Shown in pieces: positions 25,430 to 37,194 of a DNA stretch of 64,000 bases (positions are counted from its first letter, which is position 1; each line of letters starts with the position of its first letter). This stretch comes from Octopus sinensis (Eukaryota): positions 105,834,001 to 105,898,000 of the forward strand of contig NC_043002.1 in assembly GCF_006345805.1 (NCBI RefSeq). Reading direction: 5' to 3'. Under the pieces are notes generated by a model. That model ran no database searches. It was not told the origin of the DNA and was given only the letters and a program-made list of their open reading frames with translations. Position numbers and translations under genes: made by a program.

Positions 25430-27129
25430 CTACCTATCTATCTATCCTACTCTCTCTCCAACACTAGATTTTAATTTCTAAGATCCAGACATGGCATGCA
25501 CAATTGGTTGGTCTTAATGCTAATGACCAGAGAACCAAGTACCTCAGATGTACATTTTGAAAATTGAATTACCTCAGCATTTGTTGTTGTTGTTGTTTTT
25601 ATGGCGTCTAGACAGCTGTTATTGTTGTTTCAGGTCATACTTGATCATGCAGAACAATAATCAAAAGCATCGACGATTTTGTCTGGTTTTGTTTTGTTTT
25701 GTTTTTCCAAGGACATACTTCTTTTCCAAGACTGTAGGATGCGATATGAATGGAATTTTGACTGCTAATTCTAGCAGGCTGAGAGTCCACGGCGAGCATA
25801 TAATCGTGATTCAACAACCCTGAGTTTGTATGTGAGAGCATGTGAAGCAAAAAGCGAAAGATAGTTTATAGAGGGATGTGGACTATCCGGTGGCGATGTA
25901 AATTCTGAGCAAAAGACGATCCTAACCAAGTGCACTGATGATGTAATAAAATGCATAATGTGTCACAAGAAGCTGGTTTCTACAATATTGCCATTGAAAC
26001 AATGAATATCCACACAGATTTATCAATGAGAAAATCATAGAAAAATTCATCTAAAATATATCCAGGCTAGACTTCTGATTTGAGGATAGAGAGCTGCACT
26101 TATTGAGACATGCTCCTCAAATCCAACTCAACAACCCTCAAAGAACATATCATTAATAAAAATCAATGATGGGTGGTCACCCAGCAGAATTTTGAAAAAA
26201 GATCTGCTAAAGGTCGATGAGCTCCAGAAGACCTAACGGCACTCATACCCTGGGCTACCGGAATTACAAAGTTTAATGAAACTTCATAGGAAATTACACC
26301 AGTATTCTGTACCAGGCTAGTCGGGGTTCGGGTTATAAACGATCCCAAGACCAGGAGAGCCAGGGTACAAATTGACTTGATGAGCGGTGAAATTAATCGG
26401 TCGCTCGGTTTAATACTGTCATCTGGCTCTTTAGTACTTTTAGTGAAATCCGCTCTGTTGCGGACATTAAGGGATCCAGTCGCAGGATAACTTGATGTTT
26501 TCAATTATACTACTTCCTACCAGTATTGTTTTTTTGAGTTGTGATTCCTTTCTCCCTTTCATCTAACATTATTGCAGTCCCTGCAGATAGTTATGGTCTT
26601 TGTACCTCAACCTTTCTTTCTCCCAATTTAGTGTCTTGAAGTATTTTATTTCCATTTAAGTTATAAATCCTAGTCTTCTGGAGGTCAACTCCAGTTTTCG
26701 TCCCTTCAGATCCGATAAATTAGCATCAATCAAGTACTGGAGTGAAATAGATCTACTTCTGTATCCTCAAAAAAATGTAGCTCCATCTAGCCAAGTAGCA
26801 GCAGTAAAGTTTACAAAATGCATCCAACTCTCTTTCTTTTCCCAGATCTTTTAGTCACTTAAAGGATTTCCAAGTGAGGAACTCGGAATAACTAAAAAGA
26901 AACACTCAGCTTTCACTAAAATCATACGTGTGTGTGTGTGTGTGTGTGGTGTGTGTGTGTGTGTATGTGTGTGTGCGTTTGCACGCGCGCGTGTGCCTGC
27001 GAGTACGTAACAAAAAAAGAATAAAAGAACGGGGTGAGAAAGGGTAATAAGCAATGAACGAGTGATATGCATAGATATACTGTCTCTCTCTCCTTCCACC
27101 TCTCCCTCTCATTCTCTCTCTATGTATAA

Positions 27130-27160
<31 letters not shown>

Positions 27161-27289
27161 TACATATATATATACACACATATACACATACATACAGAAA
27201 GAGAGAGAGGATGAGAGAGAGAAAGAAAGAAAGATATAAAGGAACAGAGAAACAGGCAGACAGATAAAGAAGCAGATTATAGATTAACG

Positions 27290-27545
27290 GGTAAACCGTG
27301 AGTGAAGGTGGTGGGCTTGAATGCCTGATAAGCGGAGAGGCAGCAGTGAGGTAAGTATCATACTCGGATCAGCAGCATCCGACGACTATGCTTCGTGACG
27401 TAACCAGAAGTAAGATGCGGTAATAGCAAGCCTACCGGATGTTGTAGGAAGGTGAGTGTTACGTAGATCGCCCTATGACGTCAATTGTAAATGGAAAAAG
27501 CTACGCTATAAATAAGACAGGCTTCGACTCGTTTGTGAGCGCGAG
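27290..27545 (+). promoter_or_regulatory. candidate promoter/enhancer with clustered CRE/bZIP sites and a TATA box
   Basis: Non-repetitive CpG-rich patch: TGACGTAA 27396-27403, TTACGTAG 27459-27466, TGACGTCA 27476-27483, TATAAATA 27507-27514. Confidence 0.3.
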
Positions 27546-27634
27546 AATGTGTATATATATGTGTGTGCTTTGTGTGCACGTGTGTTCACAAATATCTGTG
27601 TATATATATATATATGTGTGTATGTGTATATATA

Positions 27635-27729
27635 TACGTATATGTGTATATGTATGCGTGTATATATGTGTATTGTATGTATGTATGTATGTATGTATGT
27701 ATATATGTATATATATATATGTATATATA

Positions 27730-27774
<45 letters not shown>

Positions 27775-27831
27775 CATACATACATACATACAATACACAT
27801 ATATACACGCATACATATACACATATACGTA
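27635..27831. repeat. about 197-bp fold-back centred on (TA)n
   Basis: TACGTATATGTGTATATGTATGCGTGTATATATGTGTATTGTATG is inverted exactly at the right end; the spacer is self-complementary (TA)n. Confidence 0.9.
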
Positions 27832-27845
27832 TGCACACGGTTATA

Positions 27846-27884
<39 letters not shown>

Positions 27885-28851
27885 GCACACATGCACTCAT
27901 TATACATACGCATATATTTATATTGTATATGCACGTGTGCGTGCATTACTATACACACATATATAAACACATTCATATACATGTGTGTGTATGTGTGTGT
28001 GAGTGTGTGTGGTGTGTGTGTGAATGTGTGTGGTGTGGTGTGAGTGTGTGTATACAGACACGTGCGCGCATGGTCCGGCTAAGCTGTGGCACTGTAGATC
28101 TTCTCACTATTTCTTCCCAGACGTAGGCCAGCGAATTAATCGCCATAGCTTATGACGTCGAGGGAACTTTTGGCAGACTTTTGCTCAACGAATTCTACAC
28201 CATGCTAGAATCCTAGGAATTACGTGAGAACCAGATAAAGTTGCTTCAGCACTCTGATCTGTCAGACATTAATGTGTGTGTGCCTCAATACAATACTTAG
28301 ACCACTCCTTTTCTCTGCCTTCACAACTATGTACCTCTAAGTTGACGATTCCATGCTGTTTATGAGAGTTAGGTCGGCAGGACAAAGCTAGAAGGCAATA
28401 GTTCTACTTAGGAAAAGTACATTTTGAGGGTTAAAATTTACCGACGATAGCAAAGCAGCTTGAGATTTTAAATGGACATAATCATAAACTGCGGGCTAGT
28501 ATGGGGCAAAACATATCTCTAATATACACACATAAAACTCACACTCACAGATACACACACTTATACGCACAGATTTGGAACAATTAGAAAAATTGTAGTC
28601 AAGTTGGACAGCACAATTCCGAAATTTCTGGAATGTGCCAGCCTGTGCTTGATAAAGGTTTCACGAATTCATTGCATTTGATGGAGATGATGCTGAAAAA
28701 AAAAAAAAATCACTCGGTATCAACTGCTTACAAGAGAAGACAGGTTGGTGCAGGATGCATATAGCGCATATAAGTTACTGCTCATTAGAAAGCAGGTAAT
28801 GCTTTGTGTGAAGTTATATATGTGCCTGCGCGCATGTGTATGATTGCGTGT

Positions 28852-28882
<31 letters not shown>

Positions 28883-29104
28883 AATGTGTGTATGGTTGTA
28901 TCTATTTTGGCGTTGAGCTATACTATAAATACTATATACGCTATAAATATTTTCATCATTGTAGTTTATTTTTGTGAGGAATCTTCGTAGAGTACTAATG
29001 TACCGTCTGCTAAGGTTTTCTTATCGAGGTCTTCTTCAGTTGTTTTGTCTTGAAGTTTCACCTTGTTGTAAGAGCATGGTAAGCCGTATTTGTATGGATA
29101 ATAT

Positions 29105-29645
29105 TGGCTTCAAATTTTAGCACAAAGCCAGCAACTTCAGGGGAGAGAATAAATCGGTTATATCGACCCCAGTGTTCAGTTGGCACTTACTTTAACCGAT
29201 CCTGAAAGGTAAAATCGACCTCGGCGGAATTTGAACTGAGAACGTAAAGGCGAAATACCTATTTCTTTACTACCCACAAGACGCTAAACACAGAGAGAGC
29301 AAACAAAGACAGACAAACAGATTAAGTCGATTATATCAACCCCAGTGCGTAACTAGTACTTATTTAATCGACCCCGAAAGGATGAAAGGCAAAGTCGACC
29401 TCGGCGGAATTTGAACTCAGAACGTAGCGGTAGACGAAATACCTATTTCTTTACTATCCACAAGGGGCTAAACACGGAGAGGACAAACAAGGACAGACAA
29501 ACGGATTAAGTCGATTATATAGACCCTGAAAGGATGAAAGGCAAAGTCGGCTTTGGCGGAATTCGAACTCAGAACGTAGCGGTAGACGAAACACCACAAA
29601 GCATTTCGCATGGGTGTGCTAACGATTCTACCAGCTCACCGCCTT
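29105..29645 (-). mobile_element. head-to-tail array of a Meta-domain-like tRNA SINE (one head, three bodies)
   Basis: Single A-box head at about 29640. B-box GAGTTCAAATTCCGCC and GTCGACTTTGCCTTTCATCCTTTCGGGGTCGAT recur. Junction GAAATACCTATTTC at 29252 and 29436 (184-nt spacing). Confidence 0.9.
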
Positions 29646-29699
29646 ATTCATATGGCGATTATTAGTAGTTGATATTGTGAAGTTTACAACTTTCAAATT

Positions 29700-31010
29700 C
29701 ATAAATCACATTAAATAGCTATTCCTATTCCTACAAGTACATGCATGTAGTTTCTTATTGAAACGAGGGTTTCTAACATATATATTTTGTGAAATATTAC
29801 TAGTATTAGTTTATAGCTTGAGGAAATGCATTTCGTGTTCTCGTTTTTGATTACACGCTTATTTATGCTATAGTTATTATGCATTTGCTTCACATTTGGT
29901 GTGGATTATGTCTTTTTAAAAAGCGTGCTGTCAGACTTATTTATTACGTTCTATTTGTATGTATATTAGTCTATAGATTGGTGACCTACCAGTTTGTGTG
30001 AATCCGTTGATGTTTATTTTATTGCATGTATTTCTTTACCGAATAGTCATAATGATTTTTAAAGAATCTTCTTTTATAGGGATTTCACCGCCAATTTTGT
30101 GCCAGTGTAGACATTCGCTGTCTTTGTGTAAGCTTATGCAATTATCTGTAGCTTTAGTGCAAACGCATGTGTTGCCTCTGTTATTTTTTAATTGTTTATA
30201 TCTAGAAACGGAGTCATTGAATAGTTTTGTTTTATTTGTACTATTCTGGGTGTTGTACTTTTGTAGATGTTTTCTATGTCTTTTTATTTTTCGACCTCTT
30301 TTCATATGCTTACCACAACGAGAATATCATCCATATATCTGGAGTATGTTATATATTCATGAATTGGTGCCACCTTTCCTTTTTCGGACCTGTAAAATGC
30401 CCTAAGACTACTACATACTTTTGCTTATGGACTACATCTTTTCTTTTGTTGCCAGTGAGATTGATAGGGTCCTCGCGCACAGGTATATTAATTTCTGCAG
30501 TGTGTTATATGGTATAGAGCAGGGGTAGGCGAACTTTTTTGATCGCGGGCCGCACAGTGCGTCTTTGGAACCTTGGCGGGCCTCATTTATAAAAATCAAG
30601 TGAAAATATTTTTAAAGGCGGTTATAGACCTATAAACACACAATTGATTGAAAGGAAATTTTGTGAAATATTCCTCTCGGCGGGCCGCATGAAAACCTAT
30701 GGCGGGCCGCAGTTTGCCCACCCCTGGTATAGAGAGTACCTTTGTTATTCGATATTTATGTACATTGTTTAATATAGTTTCTACTGTTTCTTCCACCGGG
30801 ATGTTGATAAACAGAGATTCCTTTCATCTAATGTGGAAACGAGATGTTTCTCTACATATTTTATTTTCTTTCTTAGCTTGTTTTTGCGGTTATGGAGAAA
30901 CTGAGAAACCCAGGTCCTTAAACAAATTACGTAGGATCTTTCTGAATATGTGAAGAGATTCGGGGTTGAAGATAGTACAAGTAGCCCATCATCTCTGTAT
31001 AGGCTCTCTA
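29700..31010 (-). mobile_element. mosaic of Penelope-like RT/GIY-YIG remnants
   Basis: SLYRDDGLL (about 30990); LFINIPVEETVETIL (about 30800); YSRYMDDILVV (about 30330); TPFLDI; TKATDNCISLHKDSEC; ACTCRNRNS (about 29730). Two different YxDD motifs imply at least two copies. Confidence 0.8.
30520..30726. mobile_element. 207-bp hAT-Charlie-type MITE with perfect 8-bp TSD
   Basis: TIRs CAGGGGTAGGCGAACT / AGTTTGCCCACCCCTG. TSD GTATAGAG at 30512-30519 and 30727-30734. Internal GCGGGCCGCA repeats. Confidence 0.95.
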
Positions 31011-31805
31011 CGAACTTTCCAGATCCACGTATAATGTATCTTTCCAGTGTGTGTTGTTTAATAACGGTGTCTAATTCTTTAGCAAACGTGTGTTGTATTT
31101 ATTTAAGAAAGAAAATACATGACTGAGGAGGTCGCTTTATTTTACATACTTTTACTGCTTCATATGTGCTGAGGTAAATCTTCCTTTAATGCAGGCGAAA
31201 TAATTAACTCCTATTTGCACACTTTTCGTTGAAATTAGTTTTGATTAGACTGTTTTATCTTTCTGAATCCTTGTAAATTGTGTGTATGTGTGTGTGTGCT
31301 TGCGTGCGTGCGTGTGTGTGCTTGCGTGCGTGCGTGTGTGCGCGCCTGCGTGCGTGTGTGCGCGCCTGCGTGCGTGTGTGCGCGCCTGCGTGCGTGTATG
31401 TTCCTTCATTTCAGTAAATTGTTAAATTTGGTAACAGATTTTCCTTTATCAATAGTTATGACTATTATTCTCGTCACTTCTACATGTCACTTCTACGAAT
31501 GTGTTGCTATTTTCCTAATGAAGGAAAGCTTCCGGAAGTAACATCAATCCCAATCCCATTGACCAGCAATAAAAAGACAGAAACGTGCACTAATGCAAGT
31601 ACATCCAGAAGATGAGATTATAAAGCCAGGTATTAATACTCTCACTCGTACATACACACATATCGTTTTTAAACATAAACACATAGACACACACACACAT
31701 ACACACACACACATTGTTGTCTAAGTGTGTAAATATTAATGTACTCAATACACAATAATGCTGAATATGGAATGTTATGCTCAATATCGTCAGCACTTTA
31801 AAATC

Positions 31806-31846
<41 letters not shown>

Positions 31847-32149
31847 TAGTAGTAGTAGTAGTAGTGGATAAGGGTGTTGTAATCAGTCAAGGTAACAGGC
31901 ACAAAACAATGAATGTCCAGTGAGTGACATATGACAAGAATGTTATTGTGAATTCACAGGGTGGCGATAGTAGTAGTAGTAGTCATAGTGATAGACAAGA
32001 TGACAAACAGATAGATAGATACATACATACATACATACATAGATAGACAGACGGTTTGTCTATCTTTCTGCGAGTGTGTGTATGTGTGCCTGTGTGTATA
32101 TTTGTTATTGCATCCTTCAAACTGTCAAATATACATTAGGAGTAACATA

Positions 32150-32895
32150 GTAACATAAATACAAAGGCAATTACACCACTACTACCACTAAATTACGACC
32201 ACTACAACTACTACCAACAGACTACCAACACTACAACCATCACACTATGATAGGCACTGCCACTACCACTATGATAGGCACTGCCACTACCACTATCCAC
32301 ACCACCAGTGCGACTACAGTACCACAAACAGCAGCTCCACCACATCCAGTACCCTATCATCATCAACAATGCTCTCCCCCTAATACACGTTCCCTTCTTC
32401 TACCACTATACTCCTTCTTCCACCTCAACACCACTGCCGCCACCATCAACTTCTCTTCGATCACCATCCATCCCAACGCCACCATTATGCATCCACCCAA
32501 CAATCACATCTACAACCACCTCGCTATTACCCCCATCAACAATCTCACTGTCACTACCGTCCACCCTTCTGTCATCCCCATATGTCCACTTCCACCTTTA
32601 TCCACCCCATAACCGCCATCATCTGCCGAGGTACTTGATGGTGGAAATGGAGTGAATAAAAGTGGGGGTGCCACTACGATCCACCCCGATGCCGCCAACA
32701 TCTACCCCATTTCAGCCATTATCCTCTTCCACAATAATCCTTCCACAACTACACCTCCACCATCGTCTCTTCATTTCCACCGCTATCTACACCACTTCAA
32801 CCATAATCCACCCCAATAACCCCCATCATCTACTCCACTTCCGACATTATCCACCCACTTCCAATCTTCTCCACCACTACCACCATCCTTAACGA
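32150..32895 (+). repeat. cryptically simple ACC/ACT/CAT-rich tract
   Basis: Degenerate triplet repeats, including a 24-bp duplication CACTATGATAGGCACTGCCACTAC. Confidence 0.8.
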
Positions 32896-33375
32896 CGACA
32901 CTGGATTCTATCTTGAAAGTGTCAATCGTTAAAATGTGTCATAACGTAACCAGTGTGTCATTGTGTCACCATATATAGCCAGTGTGTCATTGTGTCACCA
33001 TGTCACTCATTCTCTCTCTCTCTCTCCTCTCTCTCTCACTCTCTCTCCCCTCACTCTCCCCCCCCCTCTCTCTCTCTCTCCCACCGCCAACATTATCACC
33101 GCCATCACCACGATGCAGATCAGAACAAGGTCCTCTTGTCTACATAAGGTAACAGCTGTCGCCTTTTTCTTTTATAAAAAAAAAAAACTTTAATTATTTT
33201 GCTTAAAGAATAAACAAAAATACTTTTATTCCTTGTTTTTGTTATAATTTCCTTTACAATGACCTTGTGGCAAATAAAGAACACATTCGATTTTTCTGTA
33301 ACCCCAGCCCTACTCTTTATGTAATTTTTCTTTCAAATGTCTCCTTCATCCAACACCGATGTCAAATAAAAAATT

Positions 33376-33377
<2 letters not shown>

Positions 33378-33413
<36 letters not shown>

Positions 33414-33465
33414 GTCGTTGTTGTTGTTATTATTATTATTGTTATTATTATTTTTATTATTATTG

Positions 33466-33518
<53 letters not shown>
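33378..33518 (+). repeat. (ATT)n/(GTT)n microsatellite
   Basis: Direct reading. Confidence 0.95.
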
Positions 33519-33699
33519 TCAATGCTGTCGTTGACGTCGTTGTTAATAATTTTTACCCCCTTTTCTCGATTAAAATCCCCCTGGTGATTTTCTTTTCGTC
33601 GTCTGTGTACTTGTTCGCAGCGTCTTATGGCCATTAAAAGAAATTAATATTATTAGAGATGGCATCGCTTCAATGTACAATGCCACTGGGTAGTCAGAG

Positions 33700-34030
33700 C
33701 AAATAACTACCGACAGAAATAAGGATGTCTTCTCTCGTCCTTTCTCTCTGCATTAACGTTTGAGTCACTATTATGAAAGGTGGAGATGTTCGAATAAAGC
33801 GATGGGCGATGCCATCGTAACAGTGTCGGACGCTTCGGAAGTCGAGGTACATTTTGATTCTTTAAAAAGGTTATGAAGTAATTACAGGAGCAAAATTTAA
33901 CCTGATCAATGTGGTGAGCTTGCAACTTAGTACCTGGAGTGGTGTTGCGGGAACGCATAACAACCAGGACAATTCGGTGAACTAGCAATTCGGCACCTGA
34001 AGAGGCAACTTTATGTCAGCCAACTGTGAT
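33700..34030 (+). mobile_element. Tx1/L1-clade RT remnant
   Basis: AMGDAIVTVSDASEVEVHFDSLKRL..ITGAKFNLINVVSLQLSTWSG resembles AYADDVTV.VS...E......L..YE..TGAKIN..KS.GL.LG.W.G. Confidence 0.65.
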
Positions 34031-35454
34031 TTATGTTTGTTACTGAACTGAGGGTCCGGTTAAGGTGTTCGTATTTGGTTCAAATTGCAGTACCAAGTGG
34101 AAAGAAACTAAAAATTGATTACCATAGTTGCCGGCTTTCTCAGAAGTGGGTCCAGGTGGAAGTTTTCCCTGAAAAGCCAATTGGAAATGACTAATGCTAA
34201 CAACTTAGACGTGTATTACCGCCTCACCATCGTACACCATATTTTTGCATGTCATAACTGGTTACTCAATGCATGTAAAAGTATTTTAATATTCTCTCTT
34301 TTTTCTCTCTCCCTCTCTCTTTTTCTCTCTCTCTCACATAGATAGATAGATAGAGAGAGAGAGAGAGACGTATGTAGATGCGTATATTATATATATATAT
34401 ATATATATATATGCGCGCGCACACACACACACACGCACACAGACAACTACAACAACAAAAAATATGCGCGTGTGTGTAATTATTTAAATTATTTAAACTA
34501 TTGCAGTTTTAATGACGTTTGACAATTAAGCTGCACTATGGGAAACAAATTCTGTCATTGACTTTCATGTGAGAAGAAAAACCTTAGATTTATGGATTAG
34601 AACTATTTCTAATAAAGACATTATAGTAATGAGTAAAGAATCCAGATGGACATCAATAGACGTGAACCAGCCTTTAGTTAATCCTTAAACTAATTATAAA
34701 TTTAATGCGTTTTCGCACAGCATTTTCACTATAGCAGAGTAAAGGATAACAGCATACATATATGCGTGCGTGAGTTTGTACACGGATGCACTAATAGCCG
34801 ACTGGTTAAAAAGTTTGCTACGCAGTTATGAGGTCATTAGTTCAAAGCTACAGCGTGAAGTCTTAAGCAAGCATTTCTTTTTAAGCAAAACCTGGAGTTA
34901 GCCCAAGACCTTTGAGAAAACTTAGATGGACGGAGCTGTGGAAGTCCGTTGGATGGATCGTATCTGTAATTCAAAAAGTAATGGCCTGCCACGCTGATTA
35001 ATCTGAATGAGAATTACGTGAAGTATATATATATATGCCTGAAAAATGCTCAGCCATTTATATGTTGATTTAATGGATATGTTATTCGATTGAGTGAACA
35101 AACAACTAACTCATCGTTGAAAACGACAGACGATTTCCTTGTGTCGAATATATATGAAATAAATGAATGCAAACAATGATTTGATAATACAAGAAACTGG
35201 GTACTACAAGCAGTGACATAAAAATAAAGATACTATAGAACAACCACAATCCGATTCGAATCACAAATTCCAAGATAAAGAAAAACGAAAACAATTTTCG
35301 TCCAAAATAACCTTGCAGTTAACTAAGCGAAGTATCTGTAGCATTTTCTACTACGAGCAGCTTATGTGCCCAAACACAGCCACAATAAGCTAACAAGTTA
35401 TTTTGTATCAGCCAGGCACAAAAACACATCGTAAAAACAAATTATATATTCTTT

Positions 35455-35661
35455 TATTTGTTTCACTCATTTGAGTGCAGCCATGCTGGAGCACCGCCTT
35501 TGGTCGAAGAAATCGAGTCTAGGATTTATTCTTTGTAAGCCCAGTACTTATTCTGTCTGTCTGCTTTGCCGAACCGCTAGATTACGAGAACGTAAACACA
35601 TCGGTAAAAGCATCGGTTGTCAGGCGATGGTGGGGACACACACACACACAGACATACAAAT

Positions 35662-35700
<39 letters not shown>

Positions 35701-35701
35701 A

Positions 35702-35749
<48 letters not shown>

Positions 35750-35930
35750 CATGTATGTATGTATACATACGACAGGCTTCTTTCGGTTTCTGTCTACCAA
35801 TCCACTCACAAGACTTCGGTCGACCCAAGGCTATAGCAGAAGACACTTGCCTAAGGTGCCACGTAGTGGGACTGAACCCGCAACCATGTGGTTGAGAAGC
35901 AAGCTTCTTGCCACACACCCACTCCTGTGT
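35455..35930 (-). mobile_element. full-length CORE-like tRNA SINE with internal (TA)n/(TG)n
   Basis: Head, core and tail all colinear with 43429-43841. Confidence 0.9.
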
Positions 35931-36059
35931 ACAAGTTTTCTTTGCTATTAATCTATTATTATAAGTTAGTTGACGAAAACTATTCTGTATGTGTGTACAT
36001 ATATACAGGTTTGTCGGTGTGTGTAATGTGTGTGCATATATACATGTGTGTCTTTATGT

Positions 36060-36279
<220 letters not shown>

Positions 36280-36439
36280 TGTATGCACACACGCTTACAC
36301 GCATAGATAGATACGTAAACGTGCATTTATGAGCACACACACAAGTTAAACGCACGCAGTTCATCACATGAAACAACATCCATACTTGTAGCAACGGGTG
36401 AGCACACAGCATATGCATACACACTGACATATATATATA

Positions 36440-36640
36440 GTTAATCCAAACATGAAAGCACAAAGAGAAAACACAACAACGCGAGGACGTGGAACAAGTA
36501 TAGTGTTATTGGACGCTCAGGAAAGGAAAGAAAGAAGGAGGGTTTAACGTTTCGAGCGGAGCTGTTAATCAGAAACATAGGAAAAGGAAAAATCCAAGGA
36601 AGGGAAGACGGAGGGAAAAATTGCCAACGATACACACGCG
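36440..36640 (-). mobile_element. second short hammerhead-bearing element
   Basis: Hammerhead motif 36542-36576, TTTCCTGAGCG 17 nt downstream, and a 3' end running into (TA)n, as for 12571-12780. Confidence 0.65.
36542..36576 (-). ncRNA. minimal type-I hammerhead ribozyme motif (G8U and G10.1C variant)
   Basis: GUUU-CUGAUUA-A-CAGC(UCC)GCUC-GAAA-CG-UU-AAAC. Confidence 0.6.
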
Positions 36641-36689
36641 ATAAAGAGATAAAGAATCCCTTCTGTTATGAAGTTATTCTCAAGGTTGT

Positions 36690-36908
36690 TTAGGGAAGAC
36701 CAGCAGTCGCCTATGCACACCAGCCTCCCCGCTCCCCGTCACCGATGTTGTCCAAGGAAAAGGCCGATACAGCTTGGCACAAGTGACGTCGCAACTCATT
36801 TCTACAGCTGAATGAATTGGAGCAAGAACACAACACACAGCCCGGTTCAGGAATCGAACTCACTACCTTATGATTTTGACGCTTTAACTATTAAGCCATG
36901 CGCTTTCA
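36690..36908 (-). mobile_element. tRNA-derived SINE fragment (third family, internally deleted)
   Basis: Minus-strand head GTGAAAGCGCATGGCTTAATAGTT...GAGTTCGATTCC. Body related to 39325-39470. Confidence 0.6.
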
Positions 36909-37194
36909 CACACACACAAACACACATACTATATATATATATGCTTTGCGGGAGCGACTGTTTTGACGTGGACACATCTTGTCCTAACGCTCGTAATGCG
37001 GAGTAGATAAAACAGTGGACAACTGATGAAGGGATTGTTCTTTATGTTGCCCGTCTCGTTTTTCTATTTGCTTCTTTCGTTGTTCGCAAAAAAAGTTCGT
37101 TTTCCATATTTCTGTATTTCATGTTCTCGTTCTTCATGTTGTTTACGTTTGTTGATGTCCTCTGTGTGTGTGTGTAATGAGAAATTTTCTTTAG

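Noticed and set aside
25775-26005. 76-codon plus frame broken by one TAG (25862) that A-to-I editing could convert to Trp
   Set aside because: Unrecognised peptide, no convincing splice context, and such frames arise by chance. It would need editing data.
28960-29100. Minus frame VKLQDKTTEEDLDKKTLADGTLVLYEDSSQK as a host exon
   Set aside because: Short, weak acceptor, no recognised homology and no partner exons.
32150-32895. Thr/His/Pro-rich mucin-like ORFs here and at 38350, 44540-45725 and 56520-58110
   Set aside because: Degenerate triplet microsatellites with frequent frame changes.
37022-37060. CTGATGAAGGGAT, like the 49457 motif
   Set aside because: No GAAA or UH downstream; at most a truncated relic.
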